NCBI GenBank assembly: GCA_009914755.4
Contig: CP068257.2
Span: forward strand, 35,072,001-35,136,000
Length of the DNA stretch: 64,000 bases
Direction of reading: 5' to 3'
DNA from: the human T2T-CHM13v2.0 reference genome, Homo sapiens
Position numbers and translations under genes: made by a program. The first letter of the stretch is position 1. Each line of letters opens with the position of its first letter. Below the pieces are notes generated by a model. The model saw only the letters and a list, made by a program, of their open reading frames with translations, searched no databases and was not told the origin of the DNA. Shown here one piece after another: positions 30,147 to 44,366 of this stretch.

Positions 30147-31645
30147 GTATTCCATCCAGAGGGAAAAAAAAAAACAGACTAAAAGCAAGGCGACATTCTT
30201 AAATGGAACTCAGGGCTTTGCTTCCCACATCTGCCAAGTGGCTGGGCATGACTAGGACTGCCCAGCCCAGGTCTCTCCAATACACACACAGCACCCACCA
30301 CGTGGGGATTTGCATTGATACCTGTGTCTTTTAAGCCAATATTCATCAAGCTCCTATTGTTGGCCAGAACCCGTGTTGAGTGCTAGGTAGAGGACAAAAG
30401 TGGTGCAAGCCTGCTCCCCTCGTGCTCTTGGGTCAGAATTCCAGGGATTACAGCATCACGGGTCTAGACCAAGCTTCTCCTTAACCAAGATGCCGTGCCT
30501 AAAACTCGGGGGTCGGGGGTGGTCCATGACATTTCATGGGGAAAATTACATATGTGTTTCCTCCAGTTGAAATTTGGCATTTCCTTTGCTTCTGATGATA
30601 GATGATAAACCATCTCGGGGTCCCTAGTACCTGTGGCTTTGCCAACAATAGAAATCACAGATGTTTTCCATATCATAGGAAAGTTTTGCAGGTTTAAACA
30701 TATCGCTTATGCCCACATGCCTACTTCAAAATTTCAGGAGTTCTAAGACCTGCTACTGAATCTTCTTATTTATGTATTAATAAAGCAGCACATTTATATC
30801 CGTATCACTGTGTTGAAATATTTTGATAATTATTTTCCAATACAGTTGCTTTTTTGGTAATCTTATATATTTTATTTTATGTATTTAAAAATGTTACTCC
30901 AAGTAGGGATCTGTAGGTTTTGTGCTGTGGCACAAATCATTAAGAAGCCCTGGTCATTACACAAATGACTCCTTAAATTTCAATTGCGATGAGTGCTAGG
31001 AAGATACAGAAGGACTTATTCCAGGGGCCCTGGCCTTTTAACTCCCTCCAACCATCCAGTGAGGCCAACAGGCCTCTTGACAAATGGGTCTTGTGTGTGC
31101 TTTGGACTATGGCACCCAGCTTGGCCAGAATACCCCAGTGGAACAAAATGCAAAAGAAGAGGCTTTAAGGGTGATGAGAATGGGGTAGCTGGCTGCAGGA
31201 AAAACATGAGTTGCATTCTTATTGCTGTCTTCTGGGGGTTGGTGGGGAGAGGTCATTCTCGGGCTGGGAAGAGAGAATACAAAATAGCACACACAGTTGT
31301 AAAATCCCTTGCAGACAGTTCTGTGGCCCGCAAGTTCCAGCTCCAGAAATAGTCACTGGAGTCTAATTATTCCTTACCAAGGAGAGAGCCTGGCATGTTG
31401 GTTTCTGAAATGAGATGGGGCACCTAGTTGTAGCTAAGGTCTGATTCTTGGATATGATATGTCTGCAGACATCAACATGAATCATGGCTCTGAAGAGGTA
31501 ATTTCTAAAAAATGAGGGCTAGGCTAGAACATCGCACCTGAATCGAATTCTTTCACTGTGGGGTTGTTTAAAGCTGGACAAAGACAACAGGTGTCAGAGA
31601 ATTGCAGAACATAGTGCTGTTACTGTTTTTGAAAATTGCACAGTA

Positions 31646-31952
31646 CGGTTTTTTGTTTTGTTTTGTTTTTTGGAGTTGGAGTTTCATTCTTGTTACCCAG
31701 GCAAGGAGTGCAGTGGTGTGATCTCGGCTCACTGCAACCTCCACCACCTGGGTTCAAGCGATTCTCCTGCCTCAGCCCTCCCAAGTAGCTGGGATTACAG
31801 GTGCCTGCCACCACGCCTGGCTAATTTTTTTGTATTTTTATTAGAGACAGGGTTTTGCCATGCTGGTCAGACTGGTCTCGAACCTCAGGCGATCTGCCCA
31901 CCTCAGCCTCCCAAAGTGCTGGGATTACAGGCGTGAGCCACCGTGCCTGGCC
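31646..31952 (-). mobile_element. Alu (antisense) with the 15-bp TSD gaaaattgcacagta (31631-31645 and 31954-31968)
   Basis: Alu antisense consensus from ttttgttttgttttttggagttggagtttc to gtgagccaccgtgcctggcc. Exact direct repeats on both sides. Confidence 0.9.
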
Positions 31953-33206
31953 TGAAAATTGCACAGTATGTTAACTGTATGGGACTGGGCTTTCTCCCCC
32001 TACCCCCGGTTTCATTTTACCCTGCCTGGGTCATAACCTCCCAAAGAGGGATTATAAATGAGAGCAAATGAGTCTTGGGAATATCATGAGACCCTTTCAT
32101 GCCCTGTTTCTGTAGCCTTTGAGTCTGAAGCAACAAGGGCTGGAAGCATTGAGGCCGCACCTGACTCATTTCCACAGCCGGCCAAGGGGTGCAGGGGTTG
32201 AGATTCCCAAGTGCTCGATTTTCTCCCCAGCTGCTCCATTTTCTCCCCAGCTGCTCCCTTGCTGACTTTCCGTGTCTGAAATGACCCCCGTTGTTTTATG
32301 ATAAACCTGTGAGAAATGGGCTCTCCCCAGAACTTGGTAATTGATGACCAGTTGATGTATTTTTAGACCTGAGCTTCCACCCACCGTGCTTGTCTGGAAA
32401 TGGCTGGGGCAGGCAGCCATGTTAGAGGGAAGCTTTTTGCCCAAAGACACCATCTGCAGGGGGAATTGTGGGTAAAATATGGCAGCCTCTCCAACTGGGG
32501 CAGGGGGTGCCCTCTGAGGTGATTCCTGAGCTTCCACAGGGCAGTGACCTCAGGGAGGGTGGAAGACTTTGCTTCCATTCCTAGTGGTAACCTTCCTTTA
32601 AAAATTCATGTATTAACCTCCACCAAAGGGCTGTTTATTTAGAGTGGAGTGACCTCGCCCTCCCTTAGAGGTCCTTCTCTATTTGTGTCTTAGAGTGCTG
32701 GTGTCCCTTCCTGAAACAGAGGGTGTTTCCTTAGGGGACACATTTGCATTGACAATAGTGAGGTCAGAGATTTGCGTGGGAGGCCTGCAAAAGCAAAGTG
32801 AGTGAGTGGGAAGGGCAGAGCCCTGGAGAGACAGAGACGGGGTGGTCCTTCTGGGGCTAGAAATGAGGGTGAAAGCATGGATCTGCCAAGCCTTGGGTCA
32901 CACACACTCAAGTCCTGCTACCCTGAGGGAGGTCAGAGGCTTCTGGGCCTTCCTGGAGCCCACGGCCCCCAGGAGCGGGCGACGGCAGGTGGAGCTCTGC
33001 AGGGCCCATCAGGGGCCTCAGGGGTGGCCTCGTTTGGCTGCCTTCCTTTAGAGCCAAGGAAGCCACACCAGGACTGGGCTGGTGTCTCCACTGCCCCACC
33101 CAGATCTCAGCCAAGGCCGAAGATCTCTGAGCAGGGTCTGGGCACACTGAGAAGGCCTCTGGGTGCTGCATCTGGCCCTGGGAACACATTGGTGCGGTTG
33201 GAATAA

Positions 33207-33461
<255 letters not shown>

Positions 33462-34506
33462 TAGAGCTCTCCAGCAACGTGGTGCACAGTCTCTTGGAGG
33501 CTCATGTGAGAGCTGGTGTTTTAGGAGGATGTTCCAGCTGGCTGGAATTCATCGCATAAGACCCGGAATCAGTGTGGCTTAGGGCAGATTTTATTAATAC
33601 CTTGGCACTTTCCATGTGGACCAGTCCCAGTGGAGCCACCGCCTCTGGAGTTTATAGAGGCCCATCCTCCTGGGCACAGTGCAGCTGGCAGTGGTATCCA
33701 GAGCACGGACACTGCCCTTCCCCTTGGGATGCTCCACCAAGTTCCCTGCCGCCGATGACGGTGTGCACCACAATAATGCTAGCGCCCTTTCCAAGGTCCA
33801 AGGCAGAGCTTTCATCTGCGGCACCACACCTGGGCCACTCCCTCAAGCATCTCAGCTGCCCATTGGAATGAGCAGCACTGGCCCAGTTTTCTAGTCAAGG
33901 ACCAGAGGAGGGACGGCAGAAGGGGCTTGGTGGCGGAGCTGGGACTCTGAGCCCAGCCCATGCTCCTCCCTGGCTCCACGTCTCTGCCAGACACCACCGC
34001 TTGTTCTTGTTAATTCCAGAATGGAGGAGTAGGTCATGTCTCAGGGCACGAGAGTCAGCCGCCCCCCAGGGAAAAGTGGGTCGGGGGAAGTCTGTGCTGA
34101 GTGCCCCCCGCCAACACTTTTGTCCTCTCTCTGGGCTCCTTACCCTCCTCCCAGGCATCTTCACTGCCATCTCTCCAACCTCAGAGGACAGACATCATAA
34201 CCCATCAATATGAGGCTGAAAGCTGCCAGAAACTTTCTTCCAGGAGGATTTGTCTCTTAGAAAAGAAGGGAGGAGGATGGGGTGAGAGGAAAGGGCACTT
34301 TTGTGCCTTTGTCCTCTCTTTCTGGAAGGCCCCGCCCCAGCTCCCCTCTTTGACCCCACTCTGAGCTCCTCCTTTGACCTATATCTCACTGTGCTGTTAC
34401 AGTTCGGGGGACATGTTTCTTCCTTTTTGTCCCAGATACTAAGCCTCTTTGGGCCACGGTGGGGCCCCAGGAGCCAACAGACATTCTTCAGGGCACTTGG
34501 GTCTTT

Positions 34507-34793
34507 TTGTTAAGGGACAGGGTCTTGCTCTGTCACCCAGGCTGGAGTCCAGTGGTGCAATCACAGCTCACTGGAGCCTCAAACTCCTGGGCTCAAATGA
34601 TCCTCCCACCTCAGCCATCTGTGTAGCTGGGGCCACAGGCGCACGCCACCACACCCAGCTAATTTTTAAAATTTTTTGTGGAGATGGGGTCTTGCTGTGT
34701 TTCCAGGCTGGTCTTGAGTCCCTAGCCTCAGTCAATCCTCCTGCCTTGGCCTCCCAAAGTGTCAGGATTACAGACAGGAGCCACCGCGCCTGG
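34507..34793 (-). mobile_element. Alu (antisense) with the TSD acttgggtctt
   Basis: gggacagggtcttgctctgtcacccaggctggagtccagtggtgcaatcacagctcactg ... caggagccaccgcgcctgg. Flanks acttgggtcttt and acttgggtcttg. Confidence 0.85.
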
Positions 34794-35225
34794 ATGGGAC
34801 TTGGGTCTTGACTTTTTTTTGCCACTTATTAACTGTCCGCTGTCCAATCTTAAGCAATACACAACACCATCTTGTTCTTGGTTTCCTCATCAGTAAAATG
34901 GGAGAATAGACTGGAAGGATTTTAAGATTTGTTTTAGCCCTAAAGATGATGAATGCATTCAGAAATCCTGGAGAAAGAGTTTTGGAACAGAGAACTTAAG
35001 GCTAAGATTCTTCACTGTTGTCATGATGATAATGACCCTGTCAAGATTTCACAGACTGCAGCTTGAATAAATGCTTCCAGTAGTGACGCTCGAGGCTGTA
35101 CAGATGTTTCTGTTTGACACCGAAACACTGCATTCTCGTCTGTATGGCTTTTGGCTATAGCAATTGGAAGGGCTTCTGTAGGGCCACTCTGGCTTATTAT
35201 TATGAGGAAATAAAATCTTGAATTA

Positions 35226-35570
<345 letters not shown>

Positions 35571-35845
35571 ATCTACGGAAAGAATTGTTTATTTACTGGT
35601 ACAGCGTGTCGAGTGATACAGATGCCAAGTTCAATCCCATTGGAAGGTGGTAAGCAGCATCGTCAGTGATGCAAGCACTGTGGAACAAATGGTTGGCCTC
35701 CCCCAGATGCCTTTATTGTGTTACCTACTCACAGCTTGGCAGTGAGCTCATATGTATATCTCCATCATATATGACAGGGCCCTAATTTGTAGTTACTTAC
35801 AGTACAGTCAATTGGATAAGACAACCCTTATATTTTATTATGATA

Positions 35846-36136
35846 TTTTTTGTTGTCTTGTGAGTTTGTTTTGTTACCCTGGCTGGAGTGCAGTGGCACA
35901 ATCTCGGCTCACTGCAACCCCCGCCTCCAGGGCTCAAGTGATCCTCCCACCTCAGCCTCCCAAGTAGCTGGAGACTATAGGCATGCACCACCATGCCCGG
36001 ATAATTTTTGTATTTTTTGTAGAGAAGGGGTTTCGCCATGTCACCAAGGCTGGTCTCGAACTCCTGGACTCAAGCAATCCCCCGACCTCGGCCTCCCAAA
36101 GTGCTGAGATGGCAAGACTGAGCCACTGCTTCCAGC
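35846..36136 (-). mobile_element. Alu (antisense), ~200 bp upstream of exon 6
   Basis: ccctggctggagtgcagtggcacaatctcggctcactgcaacc ... cctcccaaagtgctgagatggcaagactgagccactgcttccagc. Confidence 0.85.
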
Positions 36137-36335
36137 TGTTATGTTGTTTCCTAAGAAGCACAGCTCTCCACTTCTCCTAAGCAATGAACCGGTGCCTGTC
36201 AGCACATTGGGCCGCACAGTGGAGTAGAGGCTGGGCTGGGAGATATTCTAGCATGTTTGAGAAAATGAGCCAGGAGGAGTGGGCTCCAGCCCAACCCCAG
36301 TGGCCAGTGGCTGACCCTGCCCTCTCCACTCCCAG

Positions 36336-36535
36336 GTCATCCACTGCAGTGGCTACTTGAAGATCAGGCAGTATATGCTGGACATGTCCCTGTACGACTC
36401 CTGCTACCAGATTGTGGGGCTGGTGGCCGTGGGCCAGTCGCTGCCACCCAGTGCCATCACCGAGATCAAGCTGTACAGTAACATGTTCATGTTCAGGGCC
36501 AGCCTTGACCTGAAGCTGATATTCCTGGATTCCAG
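36336..36535 (+). CDS. SIM2: SIM2 coding exon 6 (200 nt; PAS-B)
   Basis: Acceptor ccactcccag|GTC. Translates [66 protein letters not shown](R) (track ORF 36357..36539). Donor CCAG|gtgagt, phase 2. Confidence 0.92.
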
Positions 36536-36721
36536 GTGAGTTCGGCACCTGCCACAGTGGCTGTGGCCTTCTGGAAGACACCGGTGGTGGAAATGGGTCC
36601 CTGAAAGCTGCCATCTTGGCCAAATCATAACAAGGAATAAGTCATAATAGGAATGTGGATTAAGCAAAACCAATTTATGAACTGAAAGAACATATGTCAG
36701 CCTTAGGACTCAAGGGCTTGT

Positions 36722-36830
36722 TTTACTTTATTTACTTATTGATTTACTTATTTTATTTACTTATTGATTACTTATTTTATTTACTTATTGATTACTTGTT
36801 TTATTTTATTTACTTATTTGAATCACTAGA
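36722..36830 (+). repeat. Minisatellite-like tandem repeat (~22-24-bp unit, about 4 copies) in intron 6
   Basis: tttactttatttacttattgatttacttattttatttacttattgattacttattttatttacttattgattacttgttttattttatttacttatttg. Confidence 0.85.
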
Positions 36831-37257
36831 GTTTGAAATGAAAACATGGGCTGTGAGCACAGGTTGGGCTTTTTTGAAGGCCATGATGTCAGAGCTCTGC
36901 CTCCTGCGTCCAAGGAGGACTTTAGAACAAACAGAAAATTTCCACCCTGTGTGCGGTGTGTGGGGGGCCTTGGCACTCAGGCTGGTGTGAAGCCACCACA
37001 GGGCTGAGGCTGGGAGCAGAGACGCTATCTACCCTGGGGGATGCTCTTCCCACAGCTCATGGGTGCCCTGTCTACATCTGGGCTGGGAGGAGGGGATTGG
37101 ATGAGGTCATTTCTCCTGGCCTTGGGGAGTACCTCTCTCCAGACCCGTGCTGGAGTGGCCTTCACTCTCCCCTAGAACCGGCTGCAGTCCCAGTTTTTTA
37201 ACTGAGTCTGCAGTTAAAGTCTGAGTTTTTTAAAATTGAAGTGAATTTTAATTTTAA

Positions 37258-37570
<313 letters not shown>

Positions 37571-40339
37571 TAAGTGACAAACGCTAACTGCGTTTGGTTT
37601 TCAGGGTTTTGTGGTGTTTGTGGGGTACATTGTGATGCTTTGACACATGTCCACTCTGTGGAACCATCAAACCCCTCCCAAGTCTTGAGGCCACGTGCTA
37701 GTCAGGCCTCTTCCATGTTCTTATTTGTAAAACAGCAGCGCAGCCTGCCCACTCACTGCTAGGAAAGATGAGATTAGATAATAGACGGAAGCATTGGAAA
37801 CAGTGAAGCCTCTCTTACCTGCAAGGCCACTTTAGCTCTTGGCAGGTAGGTTCCTCAGCTGTGCAGTCGGGAATAAGCCATCAGAGACCCCGCTCCTGGC
37901 GTGGGGTGTGTGTGTGCGATGAGTCTTTGGCGGGGGGAGGAGAGATACATTTTGCTTTCTGTATGTCCAGAAGCCAGGATTTACTGTTTTCTTTTCTTTT
38001 TCACTTTTTAAAGTTGTGGTAAAATACACATCACATAAAATTGATCATTTTAACCATTTATTGATGTTCTATAGAGAAAAAACAGATCTTCCTGGTTAGG
38101 GGCAAGAGATAAAGACAGGAGTCAGTTTGGCTCCTTGTCGACACCCTTCAGGACCACTCAGAAGCAGGGTGAGTGTGTCAGGGTCACCAGCATCTTCCCA
38201 GAAACTCCAAGCAGACAGGAAACAGCGCTCTTTGGGGAAAGCTGCCAGCACCTCTGGGGACGGCCAAGAGCGACAAATGCCATTTTCCTGCCATGCAGAG
38301 GGAGGCGCTGCAGGGAGAGAAGGCAGCCAAGCTGCCCCAGCCAGGGTGGACCCCTCTGCTCCCTCTTTTCTGACTTGGGAGCCACTTCTGAGAGGTGGCT
38401 GGAAGGACATCAGCTGCCCAAAGTCATTATCAGAGACATCTAGGAGGATCCAACTGGTTTCCCCCTTGTTTCGTCTCCTAGTTTTCCTCTGGGCCTTCTA
38501 GGAAACCCCTGAGACTGATGAATTCTGGAGAACAGGAAAGAAGTGGTCTCCCCAGAGGAGAGACCTGAGGGCTTTTCAAGCCGTTCAATCCACATTGCCT
38601 GGAAAGGCAGCCAAGGGTAGAGGAGGTTGTGCCTAAAGGAGGCCTGGACAGGGCCTGGATGGGGCTTTGCAGCGCCAGAGGGGGCTCCCGCGTCTCAGGG
38701 TGTAGGGGCTGCACCCCTGGAGTGAACAGAAAAGAAGGCTGGTGGTCTTGAAGGAGACATCCTGCCTCTCCCAGATCTCTGGTTGTTCCTGCCATATCAG
38801 GAAACTTCTAGCAAAGCCTTGAGGCCTTTTCTGAGCTGCAGTCACATGGGAGGGGCTGAAAGGGGTCAGAAGAATGCTGCAGAGGCCTTCCCAGTCACCA
38901 CAGTCAGTCTGTGACCAAGGGGATGGGGCCTGGGCTGGCCCAGCCCTGGGAGGACAGCAGAGTGGCCAAGCAGGGTGGGAGATGTCCCTTCTGAGTCCAA
39001 ACCCCAGAAGCCAGACGAGGGCTTTGCCCGAAGTCCAGCGGCCCCAAGTCACAGGAGCGAGGGTGGTCGTGGGCCTGTCTGGCGCCACACCCCGCACAAT
39101 CCCAGACACAACTGAACTCGCCGTAACCTGAAATTGGGTTTGTCAGGGTTTTGTGGTATTTCTCTTTGAAACTGGAGCTGATGCTTTTGCTAAGGATGGG
39201 TGAACACAGCGATGTTTGGGGTTTGGCAGATTCCTCTGACAGGTCTTCAGACACTAGAGGCTTGGAAAAAACCGGGAGGGCACCTTGCCAAACCCCTCCA
39301 TTTCCCTTTAATTTTTAAAGCCAGTGTGTACTTTGATGAGAAACTTAATACATGTGTTTCTGATTCATTTACACGTTTGGGGCCGTTGTTCTGTAACTTT
39401 GCATCCAAAGGGTCTGGGAAGCCTCTTTCATCCCCACACGGTAGAGATGCCTGGTTTTCTTTTTGGGGGAAAACAGACGGCTCAATTTTCCTGCCACACA
39501 GAGTTAGATTCTGATGGGGCTTGAAGTTCTAGGTGGCCCTTAGGCAAGTTCCCTGAGCCCCGAATGGCTCTGGGCTCTACAAGGCCCCCTCCCCGCATCC
39601 CTCTCCCCCACCACTGCAAGCCCTGTCTCCTTCCTACCCTAGAAGGACACCATGGAAATGAGTACACCAAACAGGGAACAATTCCAGGGAAACATGAGGC
39701 TCTCCGAGATTTACGACCCAAAGCTTGAGCAGATCTTAACAGAAAGGGAAGCGGGTTAAAGAATGAAAGTGAGGTCAAGTTTTTCAGTTTAATTTACAGC
39801 TAACGTCTCCTATCCTAGCAAGGAGGGCCCCCAGCCCCAGCCCTCCCTCTTTCCCCGACCTCACCCGGCCCCCAGGACTGACTGCACCATAGCCTCGCCT
39901 GCCTTGGAATCCCTTCATCCCTCTCTCTTTCATCTGTTCTTGAAAATCTATCACCAAGATGGTGAGGACCACCTCCTTCGAGGACATGGTGCCCGGCCCC
40001 ATTGCCCAAAGCCTGGGAAACCATCGTTGCCACGTGCAGCTTCCACCTACGGCCAGAGCGATCCTGATGCGGGTGATGATGTGGTCTTGGGTACTGAGAG
40101 CCACTTTTCTTCAAAGAGCCGAAGTGGGAAATTAATATGCCCAGGGCTCGATGAGAACACAAAGGGGTTGTGTCACATAAGCCCCAGGAAAATGCTTCCA
40201 TTTCTCTAGAGAGCTTAAGGCTTTCCTTTTAGTCACAATATCTTAGGGCGTTATCCTGTCTTCTGGGGGGTCTGAACCAATCCTCCCCTCATAGGAGCCT
40301 AAAGGTCCCCAGTTATTCCGTAATTCCCAATAGTGGGAA

Positions 40340-40880
40340 TCACCCAGCGGCAGCATCCTGAGACCATCTGTGCCAATCAACAGTGTCTAGCGTGCAACAG
40401 AGGTTTAAACACTCGCACCCGCAGTAGCCAAGATGTGCAAACAACTGTCCACAGACAGAGGGATGGAGGAACCAAATGTGGTGTCTACATAAAACAGAAA
40501 CGTATTCAGTCCTAAGAAGGAATGAAGTTCAGACACATGCCTCAGCATGGATAGCCTTGGAAACATCATGCTGAGTGAAAGAAGCCACACACCAAAGGCC
40601 ACATGGTGTGCCATTGCACGGATATGAACTTTCTCGAAGAGAAAAATTCCTAGAGACAGAAAGTACAAGGGAGGCTACTGGGGGCTGGGCAGGGGACAGT
40701 GGGGAGCTGGTGTTTAATGGGGACAGAGTGTTTGGGATCATGGAAAGCTCTGGACAGGGGCAGTGATGCCTGTTACACAACACTGTGAGTGCACCAAATA
40801 CCACTGAATTGTACACTAGCGCTGGTAACCATGGTGAATTGTATATGTATATTTTACCACAATTTATAAAAAACATTCAC
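40340..40880 (+). mobile_element. Ancient L1 (L1M-type) 3'-end fragment in intron 6
   Basis: Reads like the 3' end of old mammalian L1 families: atgctgagtgaaagaagcca ... aaattcctagagacagaaagtacaagggaggctactgggggctgggcaggggacagtggggagctggtgtttaatggggacagagtgtttg ... cactgaattgtacactagcgctggtaaccatggtgaattgtatatgtatattttaccacaatttataaaaaaca. Confidence 0.55.
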
Positions 40881-41261
40881 ACAGGACCGTCCCCCCGAAG
40901 CCCTCCAAGAGTGGGTTCTTTCTCACCGTAGCAGCTTTCTCGCAATATCAGTATCAAAGTCCACTTGTAAGCATTCCCCGATAAGCTGAACTTGGAAAAA
41001 GGCTACAATTTTAAGCCATTCCAAACATTCTCTTAGCCGGTGGTTTCAGAAGAACATTCCCATTCATGAATAGTGCTACATCCTGCACCGGGCTCGAGTT
41101 CAAAGACTTGCTTCTTGTAAAAAAGATCATTCTCAGTTTCCAAAATCAACATTTCCCGCCTGAGCCTTTTAGCACTTGATTAGTTGGCAAAACCAATATT
41201 AGTTTAAATGAAAGGCAGTCTGCAGAGTGGCGTAACTCACTGAGCTGCCATGCCCCCACAG

Positions 41262-41368
41262 GGTGACCGAGGTGACGGGGTACGAGCCGCAGGACCTGAT
41301 CGAGAAGACCCTATACCATCACGTGCACGGCTGCGACGTGTTCCACCTCCGCTACGCACACCACCTCC
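41262..41368 (+). CDS. SIM2: SIM2 coding exon 7 (107 nt; PAS-B)
   Basis: Acceptor gcccccacag|G completes the AGG Arg codon. Translates (R)[35 protein letters not shown]. Donor CTCC|gtgagt, phase 1. Confidence 0.92.
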
Positions 41369-42072
41369 GTGAGTAGCACGCCCACCCCAGCCACGGGAGG
41401 TAGCTGGTCAGGGAGGAGGCGCTGAGGACAGAGCCGGGGGACGTGTCCCTTTTGTTGGTGCAATAATCATCCATGATACACACTTGAATCTCAAGCCCCA
41501 AGTGTGGCTTCCTCCACCCCGTGATTAAGTACGGCTGCCTGTTGTCGGTTCTCAAGCAGCCACGCGCACCCTTTCAGGGAGACTCTAGCAGGTGTAGGAT
41601 CAGGAAGTTGCCTGGATTCTAGATTGTGGATGTGGAACCTAAACTCTGTGATCTGGACACCATTTGCGAATAACAGCAACAGTGGAAGACTGCTAGTTAT
41701 GGAGCTCTTACTGCTGTCGGGCACTAAGTTTAAGTGACTAAATACATTACCAGCCCAGTGAGGGAGGGTCTCACTGTCATGATCCTCATTTTACCAGTGA
41801 GGATGCTGAGGTCCAGATAGGTTAAGCCGCTTGCCCACCTTCATACAGCTGGATGGTAGCGGAGTTGGAAGCTGAACCCACGCAGAGCCCTGCCTCCGAC
41901 TGCTATACCCCAGCCAGCTAGGGGAAGCCCAGGGAGGCCACCATTCCACGATGGGAGAGGTCATCTTGGGACGGGGTGAACAAACACCAATTTGATTTGC
42001 CAACGGAGGCGGTTTGGGAACATCAGGATATAGAGGCGGATGCTCTAGTCACTGAAATGTTTAAAGAAGTGA

Positions 42073-42409
<337 letters not shown>

Positions 42410-43256
42410 AGAATCCAAATGGAGGCAAAGACTAATTTGGATGGAGTGGAATGCCTCATCCTCCTGCTGTCCAGCCCTGCCACGCCCATGGCCAGTCGGG
42501 GGTGCTTTATAATGGGGTGCAGACAGTTAGAGGAGCTGGGTCTTCTGCAGTGTGGCCCAGATGGCATGTCCTCTGTTCTTGCTCTGCCTTCTGTTGGCTC
42601 AGGGACGTTAGAGGACAGGTTGCCAGTGTCGAGTGGGAGGGGGACGGCAGGCCCGCAGGCCGCTAGGTCCACAGATGCGTGGTGTGCTGGGCTCCGTGTG
42701 GACTGGGACCCGGGAACTCGATACTCCCAGGGTGTCGCTGTTGCTCTTCCCTCCCCAAGTCTCTATGGACAGAAACCCGTGACAACCAGGACTTATGGCT
42801 GAGCAGGCACAGACGGCTTCTTCCTTGCTCCTTGACTCATGTGGAGACTTGGAGGTGTGAACAACCCTTTTGTGTCTTTTGTTAAAGACCAAATCATGAT
42901 CTCATAACCATCTCTGTCATTCTGGAGACCAAGCTTGGTAGAGAAGCAGCTGCTTAGTGTTCGGATGGAACTTCTCCGTCGGTGTCACTAATATGGGAGC
43001 TAGAAAGTTTTCTTGAGCAAACTGGGTATGGTGTGTCAATTCTAGAATCAGATATCCAGGAGACTTGATCAGGCGGGTGTGAAGAGCAGAGTGGAGGGGC
43101 TCTGCAGTAGCAAGAGCAGTTGGGAGACGGGAGAGGCATTTGCCTCGAGGGCATAGAGCTGTGCTGTGCCCTAGAACAGTCTGGGACTTGGAGAGTGAAG
43201 GTGAGGGCTCATACCTCCACACGCTCCCCCTGCCACTGTTGGGGCGGAGGGGCTGA

Positions 43257-43708
<452 letters not shown>

Positions 43709-43762
43709 GACAAAAGTCTTCTTTTTAAATACCATGTCTTTTATCTCACACTGCCTGGCTAA

Positions 43763-44067
<305 letters not shown>

Positions 44068-44340
44068 ATGCCCGGCCCGAAGCAGGGATTTTTTTCCCCA
44101 TTTGCTTTGGAACAGTCATGAAGCCCACAGTGGTGCTCAGTCAGTGCCTCCTCTGTGTCCATCATGGGTAGATGCTTTCACTTATAGACTCTGACCTGCG
44201 GGCAGTTTGGGGAGCTGTGTCCCTCTCTTGCCCTTTTCCCAGGTGATCAGGGTGAGACTCAGGGGACACTTGTCCAAGGGCAGCAGTGGAGCTGGGGCAG
44301 GACCAAAGTCCAGCCCATTGGCTGTCGTGCTGTCAGCCGT

Positions 44341-44366
44341 CACCACCACACCACACCACACCACGG
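44341..44366 (+). repeat. (CCACA)n pentanucleotide microsatellite (~4.5 copies)
   Basis: caccaccacaccacaccacaccacgg. Confidence 0.8.
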
